Positions 39,275 to 47,986 of a stretch of DNA of 64,000 nt are shown here, piece by piece; positions within the stretch are counted from its first letter, which is position 1, and each line of letters begins with the position of its first letter. The translations under genes and the position numbers were made by a program. The DNA lies in contig CAZFTR010000002.1 in NCBI GenBank assembly GCA_964522405.1, positions 72,032 through 136,031 on the forward strand. Reading direction: 5' to 3'. The notes under the pieces were generated by a model. The model was not told where the DNA came from. It searched no databases and saw only the letters and a program-made list of their open reading frames with translations. Origin of the DNA: an uncultured Gammaproteobacteria bacterium (lineage in GTDB: Bacteria; Patescibacteriota; Patescibacteriia; Magasanikbacterales; UBA922).

Positions 39275-39682
39275 TCAGGGAGTCTCGCCCTCGTAGAGCT
39301 TGGGACAGTGCCGGCGCAGGCGGGCGCGCCAGCGATCATTGGCGCACTCAGCCGGGCACCAGAATCCGAGTCTGCACATCAGGCGCTCGGCCAGCCGGTA
39401 GCCGATCTCGCGGATGTCACCGACCGCCTGGGTGCCGATGAACCGGTGCGGAATCCCGCAGCGGTCGAGAAAGGTCAGTGCTCGGGTGCAGGGGTCGGTT
39501 TCTCTTCCAACCCAGCTGAACTCCTCGGAGATGTATCCGTCTTCGAGGGCGCGCGTCAGACGCGCGCCGAAGCCGAACTCGATGAGGGGTCTGGGGTTCC
39601 CTTCGACGATTTCACAGAGAACCAGGATGCCACGGTGATCTCTGTCACCGAGGATCCGCATCATGTGGCGGTATTCTGTCAT
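39275..39682 (-). CDS. GC-rich hypothetical protein (135 aa) with C-terminal Cys cluster
   Basis: About 62% GC. GGAGAAGG Shine-Dalgarno sequence, promoter TTGCAA-17/18-TAATAT on the minus strand (39710-39739), WCPAEC...HCPKL possible zinc ribbon, and a terminator hairpin at 39243-39270. Confidence 0.5.
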   Translation of the reverse strand: MTEYRHMMRILGDRDHRGILVLCEIVEGNPRPLIEFGFGARLTRALEDGYISEEFSWVGRETDPCTRALTFLDRCGIPHRFIGTQAVGDIREIGYRLAERLMCRLGFWCPAECANDRWRARLRRHCPKLYEGETP

Positions 39683-39797
39683 ATTTGCCTACCTTCTCCG
39701 TCCAAAAAACATATTAAAACAAATAGATATTTTTTGCAAGTAAGATTTAATGTTTTTCTTGCATTTTCAGCCATTTTTTAGTAGCATAGGATATGCT

Positions 39798-40577
39798 ATG
39801 AAAGATTTTTTAAGAAGTATTATAAAAGAAGCTGGAGCTCTTTCTGTTGAGTATTTTCGCAAAGGTGTAACTCATGAGACTAAGAGTAATTTGAGTGATT
39901 TGTTAACTGAGGCAGATGTGGCAGTTAGCGAGCTTTTGGTAGAAAAAATTCATACAAAATATCCAGACCATCATATCTATAGTGAAGAGTTGGAAGAAGA
40001 TATCAATCCGGGAGCAGAATTTCGTTGGGTAATAGACCCAATTGATGGGACTAGAAATTTTGCTATGGGTCTGCCACTTTTTTGTCAAATTGTGGCTATT
40101 CAACAAAATGAAGAAATAATCCTAGGTGCAGTTTACAATCCTATTGCAGGAGAGTTATTTTTTGCAGAAAAAGGAAAAGGAGCAAGTATGAATGGGATGC
40201 CAATTTCAGTGGATAAAAAGGAAACACTAGATTATACAGCTGGATCATTTGGAGCTTATTCTCAGGAGAGTGATGTTTATGGATCTCATTTAGAGCTTTT
40301 TAAAAAAGTTAAGCATAGATTAATTGATGAAACAACCATGTGGAATCATATGTTCGGTTGTATGATTGCCGGTTGTCAGGTGGCCAGTGGAGGATTTAGT
40401 TATTTTGTGCAAAATGCCGGACTTGATCATGATTATATTGCCGCAGCACTTATTTGTCGCGAAGCAGGAGCAAAAGTAACAGACAGTGATGGAAATGATT
40501 GGATGCCAGGAAGGCAAGATATAATAATTGCCAATCCAGTTTTGCATGAACAAATTATGAAGTTTTTTAAGGAATAG
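39798..40577 (+). CDS. suhB: inositol monophosphatase family protein
   Basis: WVIDPIDGTRNF metal-binding motif. The start is set at MKDFLRS rather than the upstream extension that overlaps the divergent promoter. Confidence 0.8.
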   Translation: MKDFLRSIIKEAGALSVEYFRKGVTHETKSNLSDLLTEADVAVSELLVEKIHTKYPDHHIYSEELEEDINPGAEFRWVIDPIDGTRNFAMGLPLFCQIVAIQQNEEIILGAVYNPIAGELFFAEKGKGASMNGMPISVDKKETLDYTAGSFGAYSQESDVYGSHLELFKKVKHRLIDETTMWNHMFGCMIAGCQVASGGFSYFVQNAGLDHDYIAAALICREAGAKVTDSDGNDWMPGRQDIIIANPVLHEQIMKFFKE

Positions 40578-40582
40578 TTTCT

Positions 40583-43411
40583 ATGAAAACCTACAAAGAA
40601 TTTTTAGAAAATGGCGGAGAAAAAAAATGGCAAGCAATTTGGGAGGAGAGAGAGCTTTTCAAAACTCCGGCAGACGCAACTTCTGAAAACAAGATGTACA
40701 TACTTCCACAGCTTCCATATCCATCAGGAAGCGGTCTTCATGTAGGTCATGCTGAAGTTTATACTGCATGTGATATCTATTCTCGTTATCAGCGCATGAA
40801 AGGCAAAAAAGTTTTGCAGGTTTTTGGACTTGACTCTTTTGGTTTGCCCGCAGAAAATTATGCAATCAAGACAGGGGTTCATCCCAAGCAAACCATTGAT
40901 CAAACCGGAGAAAATTTTGTTTCCCAAGTAAAAGATTTGGGAATTTCAGTAGACTGGGATAGATTTGTGCGTACCAGTGATGCGGATTATTATAAGTGGA
41001 CTCAATGGTTTTTCTTGTTGATGTACAAACGAGGATTGGCATATAGAAAAAAGCAGGCAGTAAATTGGTGTGAAAGTTGTAAAACAGTTTTGGCCAATGA
41101 GCAAGTTGTAGAAGGAAACTGTGAAAGATGTGACACAACTGTTGAGCAAAAACAAATGGAACAGTGGTATTTGCGTATTACTGAATATGCTGATCGTCTT
41201 CTTGAGGGTTTGGAAAATATTGATTGGCCAGAAGAAACCAAAAAGCGCCAAGCAGATTGGATTGGAAGAAGTGAGGGCGCTGAAATAGATTTTGCGATTT
41301 TTGGTTCAGAGCAAAAAATAAAAGTATTTACCACTAGACAAGATACTTTATTTGGTGCAACCTATATGGTTTTGGCGCCAGAACATGGTTTAGTTCAAGA
41401 ATTAAAAGAAAAAATCGAAAATTTTGAAGAAGTTCAAAAATATATAGACAAAACCAAAAAGAAAACAGATCTAGAGCGACAAATAGAACAGGAAAAAACA
41501 GGAATAGAGCTAAAAGGTCTAAAAGCTATAAATCCGGTAAATGGAGAGGAAATTCCAGTTTGGATTGCTGATTATGTACTCATGGGCTATGGAACCGGAG
41601 CAATTATGGCAGTTCCGGCGCATGATGATCGGGATTATGAATTTGCTAGTAAGTTTGGGATTGAAATTAGAGAGGTTGTTGCAAAGAGGTTTGGAGAGCC
41701 GGTTGAGGGGGCAGAGCATAGAGACTGTGTTTTTGGAGTTGTGGTAAGGAATGAAAAAATTCTTGTTTTGTATGATAAAGAAAATAATGAGTATCGTTTG
41801 CCTGGAGGTGGGTATGATGGAGAAGATGAAATCAAGGCTCTTGAACGAGAGTTGATTGAGGAGTCAGGTTATACAGATTTTGAAATTGGAGATTGTTTAG
41901 GAACAATAAATAGTCATTTTTATGCAGTTTTGAAAAAGGTGCAGAGATCAAAATTTTCAAGAGCATATGTGATCAATGTTAAATCAGACAATCAGCAGCA
42001 GGTTTCAGATGAAGATGCAGTTTACGAAATAAAATGGTTAGAGCCGGAAAAAGCTTTTTCGGCCTTAGAAGGAAACAAGGAAGACGCTGGAGAATACGAG
42101 TTTGTAAAAAGATATATTGAAAAAAGCAATTTCCACAATGACAATGGTGTAATGATAAATTCAGATTTTCTAAATGAATTAACAGTATCAGAAGCAAAAG
42201 AAAAAGCACTTGATTGGCTGGAAGAAAAAAAACTTGGAAATAGAAAAGTGCAGTATAAACTTCGAGATTGGTCAGTTTCGAGGCAGAGGTTTTGGGGTGC
42301 GCCGATTCCGATGCTTTATGATGAAAAGGGTGAGCTACAACCAGTACTAGAGGGGGATTTGCCGGTTATATTACCAGACGACGTAGATTTCAAACCAACA
42401 GGGGAGTCTCCACTTAATTACTCAAAATCTTTTAATGATGGAGTAGAAGAGAAATATGGAAAAGGCTGGAAACGAGAACCAGACACACTTGATACATTTA
42501 TGTGCTCAAGCTGGTATTTTTTCCGATATTTGGACCCAAAAAATGAAACAGAATTTGCCTCACCAGAAGCTCTCAAAAAATGGATGCCAGTGGATTTTTA
42601 TCTTGGTGGTCCAGAACATGTCAATGGGCATTTACTCTATGCTAGATTTTTCACCAAGGTCTTATTTGACGCTGGGTATATAGATTTTGATGAGCCTTTC
42701 AAAGTAAATAGACATCAAGGATTGATTTTAGGAGAAGATGGTAGAAAAATGAGTAAGAGATGGAATAATGTGGTAAATCCAAGTGATGTGGTTTCTGAAT
42801 TTGGAGCTGACACCTGTCGTATGTATGAGATGTTTATGGGGCCACTTGAAGATGATAAGCCGTGGAATATGAATGGTGTGAAGGGGATTAGTAGGTTTTT
42901 GGAGAGAGTGTGGAGATTGCAAGAAAAAGTTCAAGATTCTGTTTCAGATGAAAATCTAGAAAAATTAGTAAATAAAACAATTAAAAAAGTTGGTGAAGAT
43001 CTCTCAGCTCTTGGCTTTAATACTGCAATTGCAAAATTAATGGAGCTTTCAAATGCGTTTGGAAAAGCAGAGAGTATTTCAAAAGAAAATTTCAAAGTAT
43101 TTATCAAAATGCTTTCTCCATTTGCTCCTCATGTCTCAGAAGAACTTTGGAGTGATCTCGGTCATGAAAGTTCATTAATTCTCGAAACATGGCCAAAATA
43201 TGATGAATCAAAAATTATAGAAGAAAAACTAACCCTAGCAGTTCAAGTAAACGGAAAAGTTCGAGCAAATATCGAAATTGACGCAGAAGAAAACGAAGAG
43301 AAAATAAAAGAATTGGCTCTAAACCAGGAAAACGTTCAAAAATGGCTGGAAGGAAAAGAACCAAAGAAAGTAATCTATGTAAAAGGACGTTTGGTTAGTG
43401 TGGTAGTTTAA
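40583..43411 (+). CDS. leuS: leucine--tRNA ligase with an inserted NUDIX-box domain
   Basis: HVGH (HIGH) and KMSKR (KMSKS) motifs, zinc knuckle CESC...CERC and CP1 editing TTRQDT / MAVPAHDDRDYEF. A roughly 180 aa insert at about 41690-42235 carries a perfect Nudix box GGGYDGEDEIKALERELIEESGY. Confidence 0.9.
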   Translation: MKTYKEFLENGGEKKWQAIWEERELFKTPADATSENKMYILPQLPYPSGSGLHVGHAEVYTACDIYSRYQRMKGKKVLQVFGLDSFGLPAENYAIKTGVHPKQTIDQTGENFVSQVKDLGISVDWDRFVRTSDADYYKWTQWFFLLMYKRGLAYRKKQAVNWCESCKTVLANEQVVEGNCERCDTTVEQKQMEQWYLRITEYADRLLEGLENIDWPEETKKRQADWIGRSEGAEIDFAIFGSEQKIKVFTTRQDTLFGATYMVLAPEHGLVQELKEKIENFEEVQKYIDKTKKKTDLERQIEQEKTGIELKGLKAINPVNGEEIPVWIADYVLMGYGTGAIMAVPAHDDRDYEFASKFGIEIREVVAKRFGEPVEGAEHRDCVFGVVVRNEKILVLYDKENNEYRLPGGGYDGEDEIKALERELIEESGYTDFEIGDCLGTINSHFYAVLKKVQRSKFSRAYVINVKSDNQQQVSDEDAVYEIKWLEPEKAFSALEGNKEDAGEYEFVKRYIEKSNFHNDNGVMINSDFLNELTVSEAKEKALDWLEEKKLGNRKVQYKLRDWSVSRQRFWGAPIPMLYDEKGELQPVLEGDLPVILPDDVDFKPTGESPLNYSKSFNDGVEEKYGKGWKREPDTLDTFMCSSWYFFRYLDPKNETEFASPEALKKWMPVDFYLGGPEHVNGHLLYARFFTKVLFDAGYIDFDEPFKVNRHQGLILGEDGRKMSKRWNNVVNPSDVVSEFGADTCRMYEMFMGPLEDDKPWNMNGVKGISRFLERVWRLQEKVQDSVSDENLEKLVNKTIKKVGEDLSALGFNTAIAKLMELSNAFGKAESISKENFKVFIKMLSPFAPHVSEELWSDLGHESSLILETWPKYDESKIIEEKLTLAVQVNGKVRANIEIDAEENEEKIKELALNQENVQKWLEGKEPKKVIYVKGRLVSVVV

Positions 43412-43446
43412 CAAAAATTTAACCTGCTTTTTGCTATCATGTATGC

Positions 43447-44985
43447 ATGAAGCTTGAACAGGGTTTGAAAAAGATAATTAGTTCCCCAAGCAAGGCATTT
43501 TCAGTGCTTTGCTTTTGTTTTCTGCTCGGAGTAGCTTTTATTTCGATTTTAGATTTTAAGCTGAAGTTTTTTCACGCCTATATTTGTTTTTTTACAATTA
43601 TTTCATCTTTGTTTTTGTTTTGGAATAAAAAACAAATAAGATTTTCATTATTTTGCGTATTTTTATTTGTTTTTGGGATTATCAGATATGCTTTAGCATT
43701 TCCAATTAATCAAAATCATATTTCTAAGTATATAGATCAGAAAATTAGTTTTATTGGAATTATTACTGCTGAACCTGATGTGCGTATGGATGGAGTTAGA
43801 TACATTATTGAAAGCAGAGAGGTTTTGGAAGAGGAATCAAGTAAGAAATCAAAAGGACGAGTATATATAAAAGAAAAACTGTATCCGCGATACAGCTATG
43901 GTGATAAATTAGAAATTTTTTGCAGAATCCGGGAACCAGAACCAATTGAGGCAGATCCAGGATCAAAAGATAGAGATTTCCGCTATGATCGTTATCTGGC
44001 GCGTTTTGGAGTATTTGCAAATTGCCAAAATCCAAAAATAGAGGTTTTGGAAGCGAGTCGGGGGAATATGATCATGAGATCAATACTTTCTTTAAAAGAA
44101 ATAGTAGCCCGGAAAATAAACCAACTTTGGCATGAGCCCCACGCTAGTTTTATGGCAGGCTTGCTCTATGGTTATCGTGGAGGACTTGGAAGCTTGAATG
44201 AGCTTTTTAGTAGAACAGGAGTAACTCATATTGTTGCGATCTCTGGATACAATATTACAATTATTTCTACGATTTTGATCACAGTTTGTGTGCGACTTTT
44301 GATCCCTAGAAAAAAGGCTTTTTGGTTGATTGTTATTGGAATAATAGTTTTTCTTATTTTTGCCGGGCTTAGCGCCTCAGTTGTCCGAGCTGGAATTATG
44401 GGAATAATTGTTTTGATTGCAAAGCAGCTTGGTAGAGCAAGTCGAGTAGGAAATGTTATGTTACTTACAGCAGTTGTTATGACTCTGCACAATCCCTTTA
44501 TTCTTATTTGGGATGCAGGATTTCAATTATCTTTTATTTCAACTCTTGGGCTTGTTTATCTGACAAAATTTGTAGAAAAACCCTTTGAGAAATTACCGGA
44601 AATATTGGGAATAAAAGAATCAGTCCTTTCAACTTTGGCTGCTATTATTTCAACATTGCCGCTTATACTTTATCAGTTTGGGAGATTATCGATTGTCGCT
44701 CCAATTGTAAATGTGTTGATACTCTGGATTATTCCCTGGATTATGATTGTTGGTTTTTTTGGAGTTGTGGTTGGTTTTGTTTTTAAACCGATTGCAGTTT
44801 TACTTGCTTGGATTTCTCATGCAGGCATGGCATATATAATTTTGATTGTTAAATTTTTTGCTGGATTTAGTTTTGCAGCTGTGGATATGCGAGTTCCGAT
44901 TTGGTTTATGTTGGCTTCATACTTTGCAATGATTTGGTTTGTGATCAAATCAAAGAAATTAGAAAATAAAAAAAGCTCTGGATGA
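43447..44985 (+). CDS. comEC: ComEC/Rec2-family DNA internalisation channel (membrane competence domain)
   Basis: Polytopic membrane protein with DUF4131-like N-terminus and a Competence domain (GVTHIVAISGYNITI). Confidence 0.75.
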   Translation: MKLEQGLKKIISSPSKAFSVLCFCFLLGVAFISILDFKLKFFHAYICFFTIISSLFLFWNKKQIRFSLFCVFLFVFGIIRYALAFPINQNHISKYIDQKISFIGIITAEPDVRMDGVRYIIESREVLEEESSKKSKGRVYIKEKLYPRYSYGDKLEIFCRIREPEPIEADPGSKDRDFRYDRYLARFGVFANCQNPKIEVLEASRGNMIMRSILSLKEIVARKINQLWHEPHASFMAGLLYGYRGGLGSLNELFSRTGVTHIVAISGYNITIISTILITVCVRLLIPRKKAFWLIVIGIIVFLIFAGLSASVVRAGIMGIIVLIAKQLGRASRVGNVMLLTAVVMTLHNPFILIWDAGFQLSFISTLGLVYLTKFVEKPFEKLPEILGIKESVLSTLAAIISTLPLILYQFGRLSIVAPIVNVLILWIIPWIMIVGFFGVVVGFVFKPIAVLLAWISHAGMAYIILIVKFFAGFSFAAVDMRVPIWFMLASYFAMIWFVIKSKKLENKKSSG

Positions 44986-45328
44986 GCTTGGAATTAGTGC
45001 AGGAGTGATCTCGGGGCTCGCAGTGGCGCACTTCCGACCTTTTCTCGGTATGGGCGGCGGCTAATTGCCAGCCGGCCTCACCGTAAGGTGTTGGATAGTA
45101 CGCCACGCGAGCCCTCTAGTCAGATGCCGTGCATCTCGTTCTCCCCCTAATAGCCGCATGTGGCCCAGACGTAGTTTGGTTTCGTTGCCGTTTTGCCTCC
45201 GTGGTTTTGAAGTGGAGGTCTTGGCTCGAATTGGGCCGTCGTTGATTCTTCTGCTCGGCTATAAGCAGAAGAACCCGACGCAAATATTAAATCATAAAAA
45301 AGATTTTTTGTCAAGATTATCACTCTCC
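44986..45328. ncRNA. 343-bp GC-rich non-coding island (about 58% GC), candidate structured RNA or inserted element
   Basis: No SD-led ORF. It contains a perfect 10-bp hairpin TTCTTCTGCT/AGCAGAAGAA at 45246-45273 and other stems. It lies between comEC and the ComEC-type MBL gene. Confidence 0.3.
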
Positions 45329-46243
45329 ATGAAACAGATTTTTTACCTAAATTTAGCCATTTTTCTGCTATTTTCATCTGGTTTTTCATGTAAGAACTCT
45401 GATTTTGTGCAAAATCAAGGTAAAAAACAAGAAAAAGCACTAAAAATAACCTTTTTAGGTATTGGTCAGGGAGACGCCACACTTATAAAATTTCCAAATC
45501 AAGAACAAATGCTAGTAGATTGCGCGATTGACGCTCGAGTTATAGAAGCTCTGGGAAGAAATATGAAATTTCATGATAAAGTTATTGATTATCTACTCAT
45601 AACTCATCCAGATTCAGATCACTATGGAGGTTGTGTAGACGTGATAAATCGATTTGAAATAGGGCATATTATTTATAATGGATTTGAAAAACCATACAAT
45701 AGTTTTTGGCTTTCATTTATGGAAAGCATTGAAAGTGAAAGAAAAAAAGGCGCAAAGTATTCAATTATTGATAAACAAGAAAAATGGAATATTTCTGGAG
45801 TTGAAATAGATTTTCTTTATCCAGATCATGATTTGGCAGAAGATCCACTAGTTCCAGGAGAGAAAAAAACTAATAGTAATAATACTTCAATTACTTTGAT
45901 GATAAGTTATGGCAGAAATGATCTGTTGATAACTGGAGACGCAGAATTTGAACTTGAGAATTACTTAGTTGAAAAATACCAAGATCAGCTTGATGTCGAA
46001 ATTCTCAAAATCGGACATCATGGCAGTGACACATCTTCTATAAAAAAATTTTTAGAATTTACAACTCCGGAAATTTCAGTAATATCATCTGGAAAAGAAA
46101 ACCAGTATGGTCATCCTTCGCGAAGAGTTCTAAAAAGATTGCAAAGATTTGGCAGTGAGATCTGGCGAACAGACGCGCAAGGTGATATAATAGTAGAGAT
46201 ATATAAAAATGAAATTCATGTATCAAATAAAAAGGATTTTTAA
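45329..46243 (+). CDS. MBL-fold metallo-hydrolase (ComEC C-terminal beta-lactamase-like domain) encoded as a separate lipoprotein/secreted protein
   Basis: HxHxDH motif ([11 protein letters not shown]) and a signal peptide with a lipobox-like SGFSC. The start is set at MKQIFYL; the upstream GC-rich in-frame extension was rejected. Confidence 0.75.
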   Translation: MKQIFYLNLAIFLLFSSGFSCKNSDFVQNQGKKQEKALKITFLGIGQGDATLIKFPNQEQMLVDCAIDARVIEALGRNMKFHDKVIDYLLITHPDSDHYGGCVDVINRFEIGHIIYNGFEKPYNSFWLSFMESIESERKKGAKYSIIDKQEKWNISGVEIDFLYPDHDLAEDPLVPGEKKTNSNNTSITLMISYGRNDLLITGDAEFELENYLVEKYQDQLDVEILKIGHHGSDTSSIKKFLEFTTPEISVISSGKENQYGHPSRRVLKRLQRFGSEIWRTDAQGDIIVEIYKNEIHVSNKKDF

Positions 46244-47648
46244 AATTTCTTTGGTAGTGTTTTTTGCATTACTATTTTTTGCTATACCGGTAAAAGCTGA
46301 ATTTAATTTTGTGATCAATCAAGGTGTTTGGATGTCAGACAGTAGTGCTTTTGCAGGAGACAAGGTTAAACTATATACAGTAGTTATAAATAATGAATTT
46401 CAAACTCTTTTTGCAGATCTAAATTTTTATAATAATGGAGATTTGATCGGAGTGGCCAAAGCCGATGGAGTTAAATATGAAGAAGCTCGACAGGTTTGGA
46501 TTGAATATACTTTGCCAGAAGGTGACCTAAATATTGAGGCAAGATTGGCAAATGTTTCAGTTGAAGAAATTTCCGGAAATACATTGCCGGTAAATGATGA
46601 TGACCTGGGTGGTTCATCAGTAAAATCCAGTTATGAAATAGACCTGGATACAGACGGCGATGATGTTGGAAACAAAGAAGACACAGATGATGATAATGAT
46701 GGACTTACTGACCAAAAAGAATCTGAAATCGGCACAGATCCGCTTAGTTCTGATTCAGATAGTGATGGTCTAAAAGATAAAACAGAAGTTGATCGGGGTC
46801 TGAATCCAAACAATCCTGATTCAGATGGAGATGGCCATTCCGATAGCAAAGACCTGTTTCCAAATAATAAAGGCGAGTGGAAAGATGCAGATGGCGATGG
46901 AATTGGAGACAATAGTGATAATGATGATGATAATGATGGGCTTAGTGATGATGAAGAGGAAAAGTTGGGGAGTGACCCGAACAATCCAGACTCAGATGGT
47001 GATGGTTTAAATGATGGAGAAGAAAAAGAACTTGGAAGTGATCCAACCAAAGCTGATTCAGATGGAGATGGTATAGATGATAAGGCTGAATTTGATCAAG
47101 GAACCAATCCTGCAGAATCAGATTCAGATGGAGATGGCCTTAGTGATGCCAAAGAAATCAATGAATTAAATACTGACCCGAATAATCCAGATTCAGATGG
47201 TGATGGTCTAAATGATGGAGAAGAATCAGAAAAAGGCACAGATCCACTAAAAGAAGATACAGACGGAGATGGTGCCAATGATCTGGTGGATATCTTTCCT
47301 TTGGATCCGGAAGAGTCAGTAGATACAGATCTCGATGGGATAGGAAATAACACAGACACAGACGATGATGGAGATGGTCTAAGTGACCAAGAAGAAAAAA
47401 ATATTGGTACCAATTTGCTTGAAGCAGATACAGACCAAGATGGGCTAGGAGATAAAGAAGAAAAAGATCTTGGAACAAATCCGACAGCATCTGACACAGA
47501 CGGAGACGGAGTAAATGATGGAAAAGACAAAGAGCCCTTAATTCCACAAAAGAATTTATTGAAGAAAATCATGATCGGCGCGGCAATCCTTTCATTTTTA
47601 CTGTTTTTAGTATTTTCAGTTTTGTATAGTCAGAAGATAAAAGAATAG
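46209..47648 (+). CDS. secreted acidic protein with many thrombospondin type-3-like Ca-binding repeats and a C-terminal TM anchor
   Basis: Signal peptide, about 20 DxDxDGxxDxxD-type repeats ([24 protein letters not shown]) and a terminal hydrophobic helix. Confidence 0.7.
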   Translation: MKFMYQIKRIFKISLVVFFALLFFAIPVKAEFNFVINQGVWMSDSSAFAGDKVKLYTVVINNEFQTLFADLNFYNNGDLIGVAKADGVKYEEARQVWIEYTLPEGDLNIEARLANVSVEEISGNTLPVNDDDLGGSSVKSSYEIDLDTDGDDVGNKEDTDDDNDGLTDQKESEIGTDPLSSDSDSDGLKDKTEVDRGLNPNNPDSDGDGHSDSKDLFPNNKGEWKDADGDGIGDNSDNDDDNDGLSDDEEEKLGSDPNNPDSDGDGLNDGEEKELGSDPTKADSDGDGIDDKAEFDQGTNPAESDSDGDGLSDAKEINELNTDPNNPDSDGDGLNDGEESEKGTDPLKEDTDGDGANDLVDIFPLDPEESVDTDLDGIGNNTDTDDDGDGLSDQEEKNIGTNLLEADTDQDGLGDKEEKDLGTNPTASDTDGDGVNDGKDKEPLIPQKNLLKKIMIGAAILSFLLFLVFSVLYSQKIKE

Positions 47649-47714
47649 TTAGGTTTTGATGATTTGTACTAGCTTCAGGCTAAGAAAGAGGTGTAATTGT
47701 ACCATTCTTGATAG

Positions 47715-47916
47715 TTATTTATCTGCAAATATCATATAAAATGTAACGTCAAGTGATCAATTTAATTTGCTAATTTGGTTATTTCTGTAGAGCAGAGCGA
47801 TATTTTATCTGTATATATCATATAAAATGTAACGTTAGGCGATCAATTTAATTCGGTGATTGGATTGTTTCTGTAGAGCCGAGTGTAATTTTATATGATA
47901 TATACAGATAAAATAC
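47715..47916. repeat. two 88-bp direct repeats plus an inverted partial copy
   Basis: Repeat 1 at about 47715-47803 and repeat 2 at about 47803-47892 share roughly 80% identity (tctg..tatcatataaaatgtaacgt..gatcaatttaatt..ttctgtagagc). 47891-47916 is the exact reverse complement of the start of repeat 2. Confidence 0.6.
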
Positions 47917-47986
47917 ACAGAACAGACAGTCAACAATTTTTTCAAAGTAACATATAGTTTAGTTTTGTGTTATACTTAGACATACT

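Noticed and set aside
39266-39781. Plus-strand 171-aa ORF overlapping the GC-rich minus-strand gene and the suhB start region
   Set aside because: It runs antisense to the SD-supported minus-strand ORF and crosses that gene's promoter region, and it has no RBS of its own.
45065-45328. In-frame GC-rich N-terminal extension of the MBL-fold gene (ORF track 45065..46243)
   Set aside because: The extension has non-protein-like composition and no SD. The MBL protein has a natural start with signal peptide at 45329 (MKQIFYL...).
44986-45328. Tested whether the GC-rich islands (here and at 19971-20210) are tmRNA, RNase P RNA or SRP RNA
   Set aside because: Conserved signatures were not found on either strand. 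I looked for the RNase P P4 GGAAAGUCCGGGC and ACAGAACCCGGCUUA motifs, a tmRNA tRNA-like 3' end GGUUCGAAUCC...CCACCA with a tag ORF, and the SRP helix-8 GGAAGCAGC tetraloop context. By-eye inspection cannot fully exclude divergent CPR versions.
46631-47572. Minus-strand Ser/Pro-rich ORFs (46631..47050, 47096..47572, 47158..47547) antisense to the TSP3-repeat gene
   Set aside because: These are antisense frames of a GA/GAT-rich repeat-coding region and are a codon-composition artefact.
47715-47916. Possible CRISPR array
   Set aside because: There are only two to three units. The repeats are 88 bp, directly abutting without spacers, and about 20% diverged. No cas genes are present.
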